64,000 nt of DNA from Carcharhinus longimanus (Eukaryota), in the NCBI GenBank assembly GCA_030264375.1, contig JASCQW010000119.1:7543711-7607710 (forward strand). Direction: 5' to 3'. The notes below the pieces were generated by a model. That model was not told the origin of the DNA and did not search any database. It saw only the letters and a list, made by a program, of their open reading frames with translations. Shown one piece after another: positions 39,438-53,189 of the stretch (its first letter is position 1; each line of letters begins with the position of its first letter). The translations under genes were made by a program, and so were the position numbers.

Positions 39438-40212
39438 GTAGGAAATTACCAATCCATTGTGGAATATATTGATAATGACTGTGTCACTTTCGGAGAGATT
39501 GTACCTGAGTTACGAAAAATGCAATTTAATGTGTGTCTATATATATACTTAGTCTTTCAATTTCTTTACAAAGTTGTCATGCGTCATTGATGTACGTCTA
39601 AAAATTTCACTGAGAGCTGAACTGTTGAATACCGTTTTCATCGAGAATGTGAAAGGGTGAAAGAATGACTGATTGATAAGTGAGTTGTGGATCTTTAATA
39701 ATCAGAGAGACGAGTGTTTTTTATGCGTACGCAGTCTGAGATGTGAACGTGAAGTTTACGAACAAAGAACTACAAGTAAAGACACATTTTCAAGCTGGTA
39801 GAGATGACCTCGATTCATTTTGTCTGACGTATAGGTTTAGTCTTTCTTGTTATGGCATATGCGTTAATTGCACTGCGCCAAATATTTTTAATTTCCTATG
39901 TCTAAGCCGGAAGATGAAATGTACGTTCTCAAGCTGATGGCTCACTTTATTATTATTATTTTTATTGGAACGTTGAAAAACTAACAACATGTTTATATTC
40001 AGACTTCCAATGGACTTCAGTTATGGGGCGTTGGCACTGACATCCCATGTATTTTCTTAAAACTCTGCACTGCAAGTGATGCGAAAGCGAAAGTGATAAA
40101 AAATAAATATATGATCGGCAAATTGGGCTAAGGAAGACAGATAGATTACGTGATCTGAACTTGCATGTAAACAGCACATCAAAGCCGTTTAAATGCACGA
40201 GGACAAGAAAGA

Positions 40213-40547
40213 CAGTGTTACCAGGCTGTCATGATCGCGATAGTGCACGTGCATTTGTTCGTGTGGCGGGGCACACAGGCAGTTTTACCAGGATGTCTTG
40301 ATACCGATAGTGTGTGTGCATTTGTCTGTTTCGTGGGGCACACAGGCGGTGTTACCAGGATGTCTTGATAGCGATAGTGTGTGAGCATTTGCTTGGTTAG
40401 CGGGGCACATAGGCAGTGTTACCAGGATGCCTTGATAGCGATAGTGCGTGTGCATTTGTTTGTTTAGCGGGGCACACAAGCGGTGTTACCAGGATGTCTT
40501 GTTAGCGATAGTGTGTGAGCATTTGTTTGTTTAGCAGGGCACATAGG
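40213..40547. repeat. Minisatellite, 5 x 67 bp
   Basis: Units begin at 40213, 40280, 40347, 40414 and 40481 (c[a/g]gtgttaccaggatgtcttgatagcgatagtg...ggggcacacagg). Confidence 0.95.
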
Positions 40548-41799
40548 CGGTAACGGGGATTTTGGAAGAAATAGAGAGACCTCTAGTTTTTTTTTTATTT
40601 GTAGCGGGGAAATTTCTATGCACAGGCAAGAAGCCACTGACAGACAACGGTGGAGACATTCATAGTGAAATGACGAGAGTATTTATCACAAATCAAACCT
40701 CATATACGGCAAATTAATTATGAAAGTTAAAGACTTCAATGCTATTACATATTGATATTGGGAGGCTGAGAAAATAGGAATTCAACAGACATTCAAAGCC
40801 GCTCATTTGCCTTTTATTAATATTTATGCGAGCGAAAATCTGAACATGTGATGAAGTTCAACTCTACGTACATTTGAAAGTAATAACACATCCATTTAAG
40901 CCACACTTCGCTCTGCACCTCTCTGTATTCTTGAATCAACGCGACGTACTCCAATAGCGATCTAGTTTAGTTTATTTATCACTCTCACGATTAACCTTAA
41001 ATGAACACTGTTGTGAATTGACTGTGGAACTCCACGAGCCGCCTTACTGCGGCGACTGTTCAGATATAATAAATGAGAATAGAACACGGTCATTGGAATT
41101 TAGAAGCACGCCTTTCAGGTCGTAGGTGGAAACCAGTGCAGCCGAAGTGAACACATGCAAACACAGGAAGGACTTGCAGGCTCAACAAGGGCAGGTGAGC
41201 CAAGTCGGGAATTAAACACAGTTGCATAGCATTTTGAGTCTTCCACACGTAATACTGTGCCACTGTGCGGCATGAGCTTACGCCTGAATGAAAAAAAATC
41301 AAATATGTAATATATTTGTATCATTTATCTTGCACCTGTGCACTTATTGAAAATGCACAAGTTCTCGAAATCTCGACATCACTTTTGAAAATTAGATGAA
41401 AAAGCGAATAAATTAACATAGCTACTCCTAACTGTTCAGTTCACCATTAAAACATGATTGACATGATTACTAAATATTGGTTAAGTTGTGTTTTTTTTTA
41501 CCGTTATTGGATCGGAAAACAGCATTGCCAAGAACATATTGAAATAGAAAAAAAAACTTCAAAAATCAAACTCTGAAAGTTGGAACACAACGTTTTTTTT
41601 TCCTGTCGCTTTGATTGCAATGAACTCACTCTAAATTATTCAGTATAATCGTGACACATTGGAGGCATAATAAAGCAATTTTCCTTTACTTTCCAGTTAT
41701 TTTCCCAATGCCGAACCTTGGATTTACATTTTATGTTGCTGGGTGCTCTTTGACTATAAAGCATGTAGATTCTCACACAAATCTTCTCATGTTCCATAG

Positions 41800-41820
41800 A
41801 ACTTACATCATGCAACAAAG
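41800..41820 (+). CDS. 21-nt heptad micro-exon B4, (E)LTSCNK
   Basis: catgttccatAG|AACTTACATCATGCAACAAAG|GTaagg. Confidence 0.8.
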
Positions 41821-42298
41821 GTAAGGAAGCAAAACAAAAATCCAATAACTGAGTCTCGGGCGAAATTAGGAGAGTACGAACGGTCGTGACAAGTTCTCTT
41901 ACTGCCTGGAAATAAGGCACAGAGTGTTGGATCAGCAGGCTGTTTGCAATGGACTCTTCAGTCTTGGCTTCGAAGGAGAGATTCTATTTATCATTGTTTG
42001 GTGCAGTTTGGCGCCTACGCGTGTCTGCACAGATACAAAATAGGTACCTTTATTTTGACGTATGAAAACCAGTAATCATCCATAGTGAGACTGTAAGAAA
42101 ACGAATACTAAATAATGTCCTGCAATCTAAATCGCGGACCGAAAGAATGGTCAAAGAAATCATACACATTTTGAATATTTAATTCGAAAATTGACTGTTT
42201 TATTATCTCTTTTTATTCTTCTGGGGCTATTGTTAATATTCCTAAGAAAACTGAATCTGTTCACGACGCTGACTATGTATATATTTTGTGCATGACAG

Positions 42299-42319
42299 AC
42301 CTGGCAAAGTGCAAAAGTG
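42299..42319 (+). CDS. 21-nt heptad micro-exon B5, (D)LAKCKS
   Basis: gtgcatgacAG|ACCTGGCAAAGTGCAAAAGTG|GTaaga. Confidence 0.8.
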
Positions 42320-44316
42320 GTAAGAAATACAGAGTCCATTATGGAAGCGACTGTGTCATTTTCGGAAAGTTTATTCCTGAGTTATGCCGAATATATATGT
42401 ATTTAATGTTATAAATTTAATAATTGGCAGGGCATCAATGGCTTTACCGAAGTTGTCATTCGTCATTGATGCAAATCTAAATGTTGCACGGAGAGTTGAA
42501 CAACGTTTTCATCCAGAATGCCAAAGATTGAAAGAATGACTGATTGCTAAGTGAGTTGTGGAACGTTGATAGTCAGAGGGACGAGTGCTTTCTTTACTGC
42601 GTGCACAGTTTGAGATACGAACGTCAAGATTACAAACAAAGAATTGCAAACAAAGACTCAGGGCCAAGCTGATAGAAATGATCCAGATTCATTTGTACTG
42701 TTTTCCCCCGTTCCATTGTGGCTTATGGACTTAGTGTATTATGCAAAAAAACCCATAATATATACTATATATATATTCTACCTGTATGTCAAACTATGAA
42801 AGGTATATTATCAAACCGATGTCTCACTCTAAATTGCAATTCGTCAAACCGTTAAATGTAGAGCTAAGTGCCGTTTTCACTCGGAGGATGGAAGATTGAT
42901 ACACATGTCTGCATTCAGATTTACAATTAACCTCAATAATGACGTGTTGGCAGATTCACTTTCTTCAGCCTCTATATTGCCACCGATGGGAAAGTGAACT
43001 TGATACACAGACACGGGCAAATGCAGAGGGAGAGACAGAGTGCTATCCGAAAAAGAGTTTTGATCAATGATGATGTGTGCACATTGGTATGTATGACAAT
43101 GTGCGTGGGTAGTGCTGAGGCTGCTAAATTGGAAACATTTTGTGGAAACATTTTGTAATGGACTCAACAAGCGATTGACACGTAATTGTGGAGAGAGAGA
43201 GACAGTGAGAAGGCGATCGCGTTCGTTACAAATCAAAAATTAGATACATCAATTGAATTACCAAAGGTAAAGAATTTTAAAGCATTACCCATCGACATAC
43301 TGAGTGTGAACAATGGGAATCCAGCAACCGTTCAAAGCTGTTCATTTGCCATCTATCGAATATTTAGAAATATAGAACAGAGAACCTGAACATGTTCTAA
43401 AATGCAATGCGTCCGAAATTTGAGACTAATTCTCTAGCCATTTAAGCCACAATTCACCCTGTACATCAAGACATTCTCCAATACTGATCCTTTTTTTTTA
43501 ACTGTCATAATTAAACATAAAATAACACAGGAGTGCAGTGACTGTGGAACTCCCCTGATCAGCTTATACCGACGCCTGATCTAACGACATGAGGGAGAAT
43601 GGAGGACGGCCAATGGATTTAACTAGCACATGTTTCCGACTGCGGGAGAAGTCAGAACAGCTGGAGGAAACCCACGCAAACACGGGGAGAACATGCAGAC
43701 TGCGGATGGACAGTAAGCAAAGTCATGAATTCAACCTGGCACCCTGGCACAGTGAGGCAGTCATCCTAACTACTATGCAACTGTGCATTCTTAGCATCTT
43801 TTTGAAAGGTAAAAGAAAGAATCCAGAGACACAATACATTTATATCCTCTTTACTGACCTTGAATATTTATTATTACAGAACACGATCCCAAAAATAACT
43901 CGACCTTTTTTTGAACTTTCGATGAGAAATATATTAATTTGATAAATTTTCTCCTGACCGTCCAGTCCATCTGTAAAAAAAAAATGGTTTAATCCCCAAT
44001 ATTGGTGCTTTTTTTCCCCGTTATTGCACCCCAGAACAACAATATCAAGAACGTATCGAAATCAAAATTGCTTCAAGTTGGCAACGCTACATGCATTATT
44101 CTGTTGCTTTATTTTCATTGAAATCGTTATACATGACGCAACATATAGGTGCTCAATTCGACGCATCATCAAACTGTGTGAATCTTTGTAATGTACTTTC
44201 CAGTTTCTTCGTCAATGTCCAACCCTGGATGCCTGATTCTCAGTGTTGGACGTGTTTTTATCTGACAAAATAGAATATATGCAGATATTCACAAGTCTTT
44301 CCTTGTACCCTCACAG

Positions 44317-44337
44317 ATCTAGCAAAGTGCAACAGTG
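44317..44337 (+). CDS. 21-nt heptad micro-exon B6, (D)LAKCNS
   Basis: gtaccctcacAG|ATCTAGCAAAGTGCAACAGTG|GTaagg. Confidence 0.82.
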
Positions 44338-44810
44338 GTAAGGAATCACTGATAGGGAAATAGATAACCGGATATTGGAAGAAATAGTAGAAGTCGATTG
44401 GGGATGACAAGTGTCCTTACCGACTGGCATCAAGGCTCATTGGCACGAGAAGCAGAGTGTTGGAGCAGCAGGTTTTTGACAATGGGCTTCTTCATTATCG
44501 GCCTGGGCGAACAAATGCAGCATCCTTGACGACTCGAGGTCACACCAAAGCTAGAGAATAGATACCTTTAGCCCGAGGCATGAAACCAAGGCACATGCAT
44601 GGAGAGGCAAAAAAAAACGAGTACTTAATAAAATCTTGCAATCTAAATCTCTTACCTAATGAAAATTCAACGAAAATGCTCGAATTTTAGCGACCTATCA
44701 TCAAATTCGAGTTTATCAATTTCTCTTCACTGCAATTGGGCTCTGATTAATGTTCCTAACAAAACAGAATGGGTTCATTGTACTGATTGGATGTATCTTA
44801 AGACTCACAG

Positions 44811-44831
44811 TGCTGGCAAAGTGCAACAATG
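44811..44831 (+). CDS. 21-nt heptad micro-exon B7, (V)LAKCNN
   Basis: agactcacAG|TGCTGGCAAAGTGCAACAATG|GTaggg. Confidence 0.78.
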
Positions 44832-46269
44832 GTAGGGAACAAGTAATTCAGTATAGATTATGTTGATAGAATTATTTCAGTAAAGATATATTGATACCTT
44901 ATATTGACAGAGAGTTTTAAAAACGTTTCTTCTTAAATTATGCAAACTATTTTTGAATGTCTGTATGTAAAAAAAAAACAGAGTATCAAATTGATGGCTC
45001 AAGCGAAGTTGACATTCCTTATTACTATAACGTTCTTCGGCGAGTTGAATGTCATTTTCATTGAAAACGCGAAAGGTTGAATGAATGCCTGATTTCAACA
45101 CTTCAATGTAGATGAGTTGTGGATCTATAATAGCTTGAGAGACGAGTATTTATTTTTTAATCCGTGCACAGCATAAGATGTTAGGTTGGTTGCAGACGAA
45201 GAAAAGAACATATTGAAGAAATGAGCTTCATAAAGGGGAAGGAGATTATCATTTCGTAATGGCAGACTCCCTAGGGTCTTAAAAAGAGATAACAATAAGG
45301 ACATTAAGGTGTAAAATGCCTCAGATAAAGATAAGCTGTATGTTTGTGTGTACTTGTTTTCAAGTGGTTGGGAAGCGTACGGTAGTGGCAAAGGTACAAT
45401 GTCAGAAATGTAGGAAATAGGTTAGAACAGGAGAGAGAACTGTACAATCTATGAATCAAAGAAATAAATAGACACGTAACCTATAGCTGCCCACAGTTGT
45501 GGAGGTCAATGCATATAGAGAGATAACTACCATGTTCATCAGATAGCAAGCCGCTGATACAATGAAATGATGCGTTAATATTTATAATTAGGCACAAAGA
45601 ATGATTGTAGGAATACTTATACAAGTTTGAACATCGCATGTTGTTAACTGTCAGATGGTGAGCAGAAAATTCATAACTGTAGGATGAAATATCTATTTGT
45701 TTTAAAATGGCAATGAATTCCTTGAACATGTACTCAACTTCAATGTCTACGCAAATGAAATGGAAATTGTTCACCCATTTAACCTACAATTCTCTGTAGC
45801 TCTTTCTACTATAAAAGGCAGGAGGCATGTTCCTTTCCAGATTACCTTCCATCAGGGGAGAAACAGAATTTTCAGATACGCAAAGTGTGTGTTCTGTTGT
45901 CACGAGATGGAACTCACCTGAGTTACCTCCAAAACATCTCAAAAATCTATTCTCACCTTTTGGCAAGCTAATTGAGAAACAATATTCCATAAATGCTGCT
46001 GCTTGTTAAGATTCATTCAAACAGCCATAACTTTGGCTTAGTTATTAAACACTGCTGCAATTTAATGAGATCTCAAAAAAAATTAGAAAAAATTAAATTT
46101 TCCTGAGGAAATCACAGCCGCCTTCATTATTTTACGCCCACTTCTTGTTTTCCCCTCTCCGTTCATTTTCTTTGCCGAAGAATTCACGACAAACAATACG
46201 ATCCCATCATTGTGAAAGCGGATGCATTTTCAACCATGAGTAATAGAAATTTACTCCTGTCTTATCCAT

Positions 46270-49200
46270 CCGCTAGGGGGAAAATTGGTCCGTCAGCCCA
46301 AGATCTGCATTCTGGCCTGCTTTTGCCACTAAGTTACTCCCAGTTCCTCGCGTTTGGGCCTTATCTCCCTCCACCAAGTTATCCATTTAACAGCTTAAAG
46401 GCTTTTTAAACTACAAAATTGTAGCCTCCTCAATGGCAACTCTCGGAACTCATTCCAGACATCCCCAACTCTCCAAGTGATACATCTGCCCTCTGTGTCC
46501 TTTTGTTTTGTTCCCCTCTCACCTTAAAAAGCATGTCCTCCATGTTTAAACTCCACTGTTTTTGGAAGAACTGTTGACTGTCGACCTCATCTGTGCCCCT
46601 CATCATTATTGAGACAACCATAAAAACTTCCCTAAGCCTGTCACGCTCCACTGAAAGAAAAGAAGCCGACCCAAATCTATCCAAACTCTACTTAGAATGC
46701 AAACCATGAGATCCGTCTAGCATCCGAATAAGTCGTATCTGCACTGTTTCTAGTTTAATAATATCCTTTCAAAAGTAGTGCGACCCGAACTCCACATGGT
46801 ATTCCAAGTGCGCTGTCGCAAGTTTTTGTAAAACTTTCAAAAATCACCCTAACTCTTGCATTCAATGTCGTGACCAATGGTACCAAGCCTGAATTCTTCA
46901 CCACCCTATCCACCTGTGACTCTGATCTCAAGGACCTGTGAAACTGTAGACCTGTATTTTTTTTTAAAATATTCTCCAACTCTGATCAACGCCTTACCAT
47001 TGACTGCGTACTTTCTGCCCTCCTCCATCAACCAAAATGCATTACCTCACATTTCTCTGCCCTCCACTCCCACTGCAACAACTGCTCAAGATCGCGTTGC
47101 AATTCTACATGACCTTCTGCGCTGTTCAGGATATTGTCAATCTTGGTATTATCTGCAAATTTAGTAACCATTCCTCCTAATATGTGACCCAACTAATTAC
47201 ATGAATAGCAAATAACAGTGGAATCAGCATCAATCTCTGAAGCAAACTACAAGTCACATGCCTCCAGTTTGAAGAAACTTTTTTTTTATAAACACTTCCT
47301 GTCTTCTGTCATTAGGCCAATTTTGTATCAAATTCGCAACATCACCTGGCTCCAGTGAGAATTAACATTGTGCAATAATCTGCCATGTGCCACCTCGTCA
47401 ATGTCCTGCTTAATTTCATGCAGGCAACGCCGACTGCAATGACCGAATATACCTTCTTCGCATGAAACTTAAATCAATTTCGTGAGACACGTTCTTCCAC
47501 TCACAAGGTCATCTTGCCTGGCCCAGTCCGTCCTTGTTCTCTAACTGTCGTTATGGTATATTTCTCTCAATCCTTCTAATAACTTATCCACGACAGACGT
47601 TAGGCTCAATGCCCGTAGTTTCCAGGATATTCGTTGCAATCTTTTTTTTTAAAGGCACAACACTTGCCACAGGACAATCGTCAGGCACCTCGCCCCTGTC
47701 TGTGGGTAAGTCAAATAACTCCGCTCGGGGAGCCGGAGTCTCCTCGTGAGAGTCCACAACTTCCTGGGATACATATCCCCTGGTCTTCTATGAGCACATT
47801 TCTAACTTGATGTGGTTTAAGACTTCGAGCACGCCCTTCTTCGTAATGTGTATACTCCTCGATCAACACATCAGTGTTTATTTTCCAAAGTTACAGAAAA
47901 TGTATGTCTTTCGGTAAGTAAATATTGATGAGAAATATGCTTTGAACATCTTAACATCTCTTGTGTATCAGCACGCAGGGATATTGATGATCAATAAAAC
48001 ACCTATTTTCTTCCAAGTTACTCATTTGTGACGTATGCATGTTCAGAAGCTTTTTCATATTCTCTTTAGCATATCTGAGAAAACAGGCACGTGTCTAGTT
48101 TTTGCCATTCTCATTTTTCCCTTAACTCTCTTCCGAGACCCTCTACACCCTTCATGGAATCCATATAATCACAGCTGTCTATGCACGGCATATCCAGTTT
48201 TCCTGTGGAAATGCCGGCATTGGACTGGGGAAGGCGCAGGAACAAGTCCAACAGGTTTATTTGGCAGCCCCAGCTTTCAGAGTTTCAGGCACATTTATCA
48301 GGTGAGTGAGGACATGTATTCACAAACAGGTCATATAAGGACACACATTCAATTTAGAAGATAATGGTTGGAATTTGTGTCTTTCCATATCATCAAGTCT
48401 TAAAGGTACAGACGATGTGCGTGGTGAAAGGGAAAAATCAGAGGTTAAAGGCATGTGTATTGTCTCCAGCCAGGACAGTTAGTGAGATTTTCCAAGCCCA
48501 GGTGAGTCGTGGTGGTTACAGATAGCGTGACATGAACCCAAGGTCCCAGTTGCGGCCGTCCTCATGCCTGTAGAACCTGGCTATCAGTTTCTTCTCAGGG
48601 ATGCTGCGTTGTTGTGTGCCATGAACGCCGCTTTGGTGACTATGTACCCGCAGATCGCTTTACCTCGAACCCTGTTTAGCACATTTATTGAAAGCGTCCC
48701 AATTATCAGGCTTAGATTTGTTTGCCAGGAGGTCCTCACAATCAACTTTTAAAAGTTACTATCTAATACCATCACAATTGGTCTTCCACCAAGTTAGAAT
48801 GATCACGTTTGTGGCAGACCTACTATTTTTCATTGCTAAAAATTAATGGCCATTGGTCCCACTGACTGCGATCTGCCCTTCATTATTTCCCAAGCGGAAG
48901 CCAAGCTCTTCACTCTCAACTTGGGTCATCCAGACACTGAACAGGAAATTCCTCATCAATATATTCAACAATGTTATCTTCCTCCCAACCTCTTATACTA
49001 TGCTGCCCCAGCTAATGTTGGGAATGTGAATGCCCCCCTACAGTTAACACCCAATGATACATGGAGCAACCTGTAATCTCCTCACATATTTACTCCCCAA
49101 TTTCCCGCTGACTATTGATGGGGCTACAACACAATCCTATCAAATTGGTATCCCCTGTCTTATTGATCGGATCTACCCACAGAGACAGAGTGCGCTAAAT

Positions 49201-49750
49201 CCTCAGAAATGTCCCCTTTCAGGACAGCTGTGATATCCTCCCGAAGCAGCAATGCAACTCATCTCCCTTTCTTACCTTTTGTTCAATATTTCCTGGAACA
49301 TCAATGGCTGGAAGTTTATTCATCCACGCCCTGAGTTGATTTGCCTTGTCCTGCAGGACTCCTGCAATGAAATGCATTTCATTTAATCAACACTTCCCTG
49401 ACTCTTCACCTACATTTTCCTAAAGTGCCTAATGTCGGATTGCTGCTCTGACCTCTAATGTTAAACCTGCACTTTTCAACTTCCATGTTGTCCTCAGCAT
49501 TTCCTTCTGTCTCCTTATTGCTTTGTCTCCTAAAACTTCACCAAGCTATGTTAAACCTTCAGATTCGCAAGTGGAAATCTCCCTACCTGGTTTTTAGCCG
49601 TCCTTGTATTTAAATGTCACCCGTCCCTCTTGAGCATGTCTCAGAAGAGGTGTCAATGATCAACACATTTATGTATCTGTCCCGAGAACCAGCTCTCAGG
49701 CTACGCATTCATCTGCATAATCGCCATACGCCTACTGTGGCAGTAATCCA
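46270..49750 (-). mobile_element. Long degraded CR1 (3' UTR back to the ORF1/ORF2 junction)
   Basis: Antisense CR1 text throughout, e.g. ORF 46755-46979 LRSESQVDRVVK; endonuclease region at 48900-49300. Confidence 0.75.
48200..48657 (-). mobile_element. Penelope-like element 3' fragment (GIY-YIG C-terminus plus pseudo-LTR) nested in CR1
   Basis: Minus strand reads DLRVHSHQSGVHGTQQRSIPEKKLIARFYRHEDGRNWDLGFMSRYL*; terminal aagtccaacaggtttatttgg and atgccggcattggactggg motifs. Confidence 0.8.
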
Positions 49751-50417
49751 GATTGAAGCCGTATTCTTAATTTAAAGTTCGTACTTCAAATTCTAGTTGT
49801 GGTTGTTGATCGTTATTGTTCATCTTTCTTTATGCCGATAACAAAACAGAAAACAAAACACAAAATTTTTACAAGTTTTCCATTATTCTCCTCAAAACGT
49901 TCGACGTGGATACTGGTGACGAACTAAAACATTGATGACTTTGTCGTGGAGCGCCTGACAGGGTGCAGCGTGTGATTTTTCCTAAATCTAACCACAAAGT
50001 GTGTTGACAATACTTTTAACACGAATTAAACATCTCTAATTCGGGTTTCAGTGAGTATCTCAGACCTATTTGGAGTGGTAGTGAATGCCGGCTAGTTTAC
50101 TAGTGCAACAAACCTCAAGATAAACTGAGGTGCACAACATTAAATGGCAGTGATTAGGTGATGATGCACAACATTACACTGGGCAACGTATGAAGCTTAC
50201 GTATGCAGAGTACAGTACTATTGTGAGAGACTCAGAAATTCTAGCGAATGACATTTCTTAAAGGTGAAAAACGCTTACTTTTAGCAAAAAAATAATTGAA
50301 ATGACAGTTGTTAGGAAATTGTTGTGGATCTCTCTTCCAGAACACTGACGATCCCCAAGATGTCGTACACGCACTTTGAGCGTTGTGTTCAGGATAATGT
50401 TGACATCTGCAAAGTGA

Positions 50418-50500
50418 CGTGTGTGTGTGTGTGTGGTGTGTGTGTGTGTGTGTGTGTATGGGGGGGGGGGTGGTGGGGGAGGCGAGTGTGTGTGTGTGTG
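50418..50500. repeat. Compound (GT)n/G-rich microsatellite
   Basis: Direct reading; other simple repeats at 21615-21645 (TCTG), 24731-24763 (CG/CA), 25511-25533 (GT), 54440-54466 (AT), 58283-58317 (ATT). Confidence 0.9.
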
Positions 50501-51599
50501 TCGGGGGTGGGAGGGTGGTGGAGGGGAAAAAGGCATCCACACAAGCTCAGTTTTCATTGCGTACTCATAATGGCCTTGGTGCCTCTAAGTGTCTTCCTTG
50601 GCCATCTCAGTAAGCAGTTGAAAGTCAACGAATTTGTATTGCTCTGCAGAACCGTAGATCCATGTAGATGACACCAGTTCAGGACAACAGACTTTGTTCT
50701 CTCATGACATGAGTGAACCAGATATGTTTTCATTCATTTGACTATAGCGAATTTACATCAGTAGGTTCTTACTTCCAAACTGATTTTTTTTAATTCAAAT
50801 GCCAAAAGCGGATGTGTCGGGATTCAATACCAAATCCCCAGAATATTCGTTGAGTTTCATGATCATCATTCTCGTGATACAGTACGTTGCCGTTACAGAA
50901 TCGTGAGGAACAGAAACTGTGAAATGAATAACGATGTACAAATGAAAAAAAAAATCTATTTAAAATGCAATTGGAAGTGGTTACACTTGTCTTTTTAGAT
51001 GTTTGCGTTGACAGTGGGTCATCCGGAAGCACGCAAAATGGAAACAAAAATTACCGAGGAGTGTGGTCAATGCGCACAGAACAGCCACCAGACCTGAAAA
51101 CCGACGAGGAGCTTCAGCATTAAGAGTGAAGTGATGAACCTTGTTAGAAATATTATTATATTTGGAATGTTACACACAAGCAGACAGGTAGATTGGATTA
51201 AATTTGAACAGTAAAAGAGAACATTATTTCTCGCACAGTTTATGTATGCTATATATGTATATATATATATATTCTATAGTTAAATAGGGAGTAAATAGTT
51301 TTGTTATACTTGTGCTGGTATTGCAGCGCGTCCTTTTTTTGTCATTGTCCATGTGCTACTCTCCGACTTTCACTCACGAAACAAAGCCACGTTTTTACTG
51401 AAGGTTTAAAACGCTGACAAGAAAGCAAACTGACCAAATTTCCATTTCGGTATATACAGTACATTCTAAACTGTACACTGGATCGTTCAATGTAAGATAT
51501 TCACGCAGAGACAACTCTCACATAAAGGGCATGATTTTGTTGCGTTGAGCAGATTGCAAACTCTTCGTTATGGCAGTTTCAATAAAGCGCTTTTCAATA

Positions 51600-51831
51600 A
51601 AGTGATCAAGAAGGCAAATGGAATGATGGCCTTTATAGCGAGGGGGGTAGAATGTAAAAGCAGGGAGGTCTTGTTGCAACTGTACAGAGTACTGGTGAGG
51701 CCGCAGCTGGAGTAGTGTGTGCTGTCTTGGTCGCCGCACTTGCGGAAGGGTATATTGGCCTTGGAGGGAGTGCAGAGAAGGTTCACTAGGTTGATACGGG
51801 AGATGAGGGGGTTAGCCTATGAAGAGAGACT
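51600..51831 (+). mobile_element. Young CR1 fragment running into the gap
   Basis: KANGMMAFIARG..LYRVLVRPQLE..SPHLRKGILALEGVQRRFTRLI. Confidence 0.93.
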
Positions 51832-53189
51832 NNNNNNNNNNNNNNNNNNNNNNNNNNNNNNNNNNNNNNNNNNNNNNNNNNNNNNNNNNNNNNNNNNNNN
51901 NNNNNNNNNNNNNNNNNNNNNNNNNNNNNNNGAAGGAAATTGAGGAGCAGAAGTATTGTATGATTGCAAATGAAAATACATGTCAAGGTCATGAAGCTGC
52001 AACATGATTTAAAATGCCATGCTGGAAGAATAAAGCTATACGGTTTGCGTAGTCATCGATATAGACCAAAGGAGTATTGTACAGTGCTGATGTTCAAGTA
52101 GATCACAATTATTTTCCTTTGCGGCATAACAGCAACGGTTATCACTAAAAACATGAATGTAAGAAATACTGACAAAAAATATTTAAAAAAAAATGATTTT
52201 GCCAAGTAATAGACAAATAAACCGAAGAAGATCTAGAATAAACAAACAAATGAATATAACGCATTGGAACAGAAATAATTCTTAGCGGATCCACTGGAAA
52301 CATGTTTGAAAGTCCCAGCAAACTAGAAGGTGTAATTAAACTGCTCGACACAGAAGCAAAGGACAGAAGACAAAAAAAAAAATCCACAAGTAAAGTGACC
52401 TGCTGGATGGTCCTAAATCACGTATGTGAACTTCAGAAAATGTGCTAATAGGGAAGCTTTCCTGGACAAAGTCCTCGAGCAGTTCAAACTTTGGACATTT
52501 TGGCACTGTGAGCACGGTTTAGACACAATGGAAGAAATAATAATGCAACTCAGATGCGTTTAGTTTCAGTTTTCTTCCAATATGTACTGTATCCTTCTGA
52601 GTCTACCGATTTCTGTGAAGAATTGCCAGTAATGAAATACAACCGTGACAAGGAAACTGGGCTTGTACTTGGGATTAAATCAGGATCAAGAGGAAACAAA
52701 GATTTTGAAACGGGAAAAGAAACAGCTGAAAAAGAGCAGCGTGTGGACAAAAGAATACATAGAAAACATGGTTGTTGATGGTCAATTTAAATGTTTATCG
52801 AGGAAGAAGAAATATTCAATTTTGGCGTGAAATGACTTCAAACGAACACACTGTTGTTTTATTAGCCGGATTTATTTTAATAAAATATGCCTATATATTG
52901 TAGAACACTAAGAATATGAAATCAGAGTTTCTGAAGAAATCTTGCAGGTTCTTTTTTTTTTGGGGGGGGGAGGGTGGCTGGTGGGGTGGGGGGGGATGTT
53001 TGTTGGATGTGCCGATACTTTGTCTTTACAAAGCATACTTAACACTGTATTTCTAGTTGAGGATGTGCACATACAGCAGCTCTATTTAACAATGGAAAAT
53101 TACTACCAGTAACAAACTTCATGATGGGCATGCAGAAGGACAATTGTTCCTATTAACGTGTGCGTTAATTTTAATCTGAACTCGTACAG

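Larger units (their letters stand above)
36000..45200 (+). repeat. Diverged tandem array of ~3.5 units (2.5-3.2 kb), each with up to two micro-exons and an embedded old SINE
   Basis: Shared blocks such as atttaagccaca (37069, 40894, 43440) and gttgtgga (39684, 42555, 45116); exon spacings 2889/2517 and 2882/2512 bp. Confidence 0.92.

Noticed and set aside
40213-40547. CRISPR-like repeat array
   Set aside because: Eukaryotic DNA; contiguous 67-bp units with no unique spacers
52554-52778. Charged ORF starting EL.. at 52621 as a terminal exon
   Set aside because: Weak AAG acceptor, no recognisable homology, and it lies upstream of two further micro-exons
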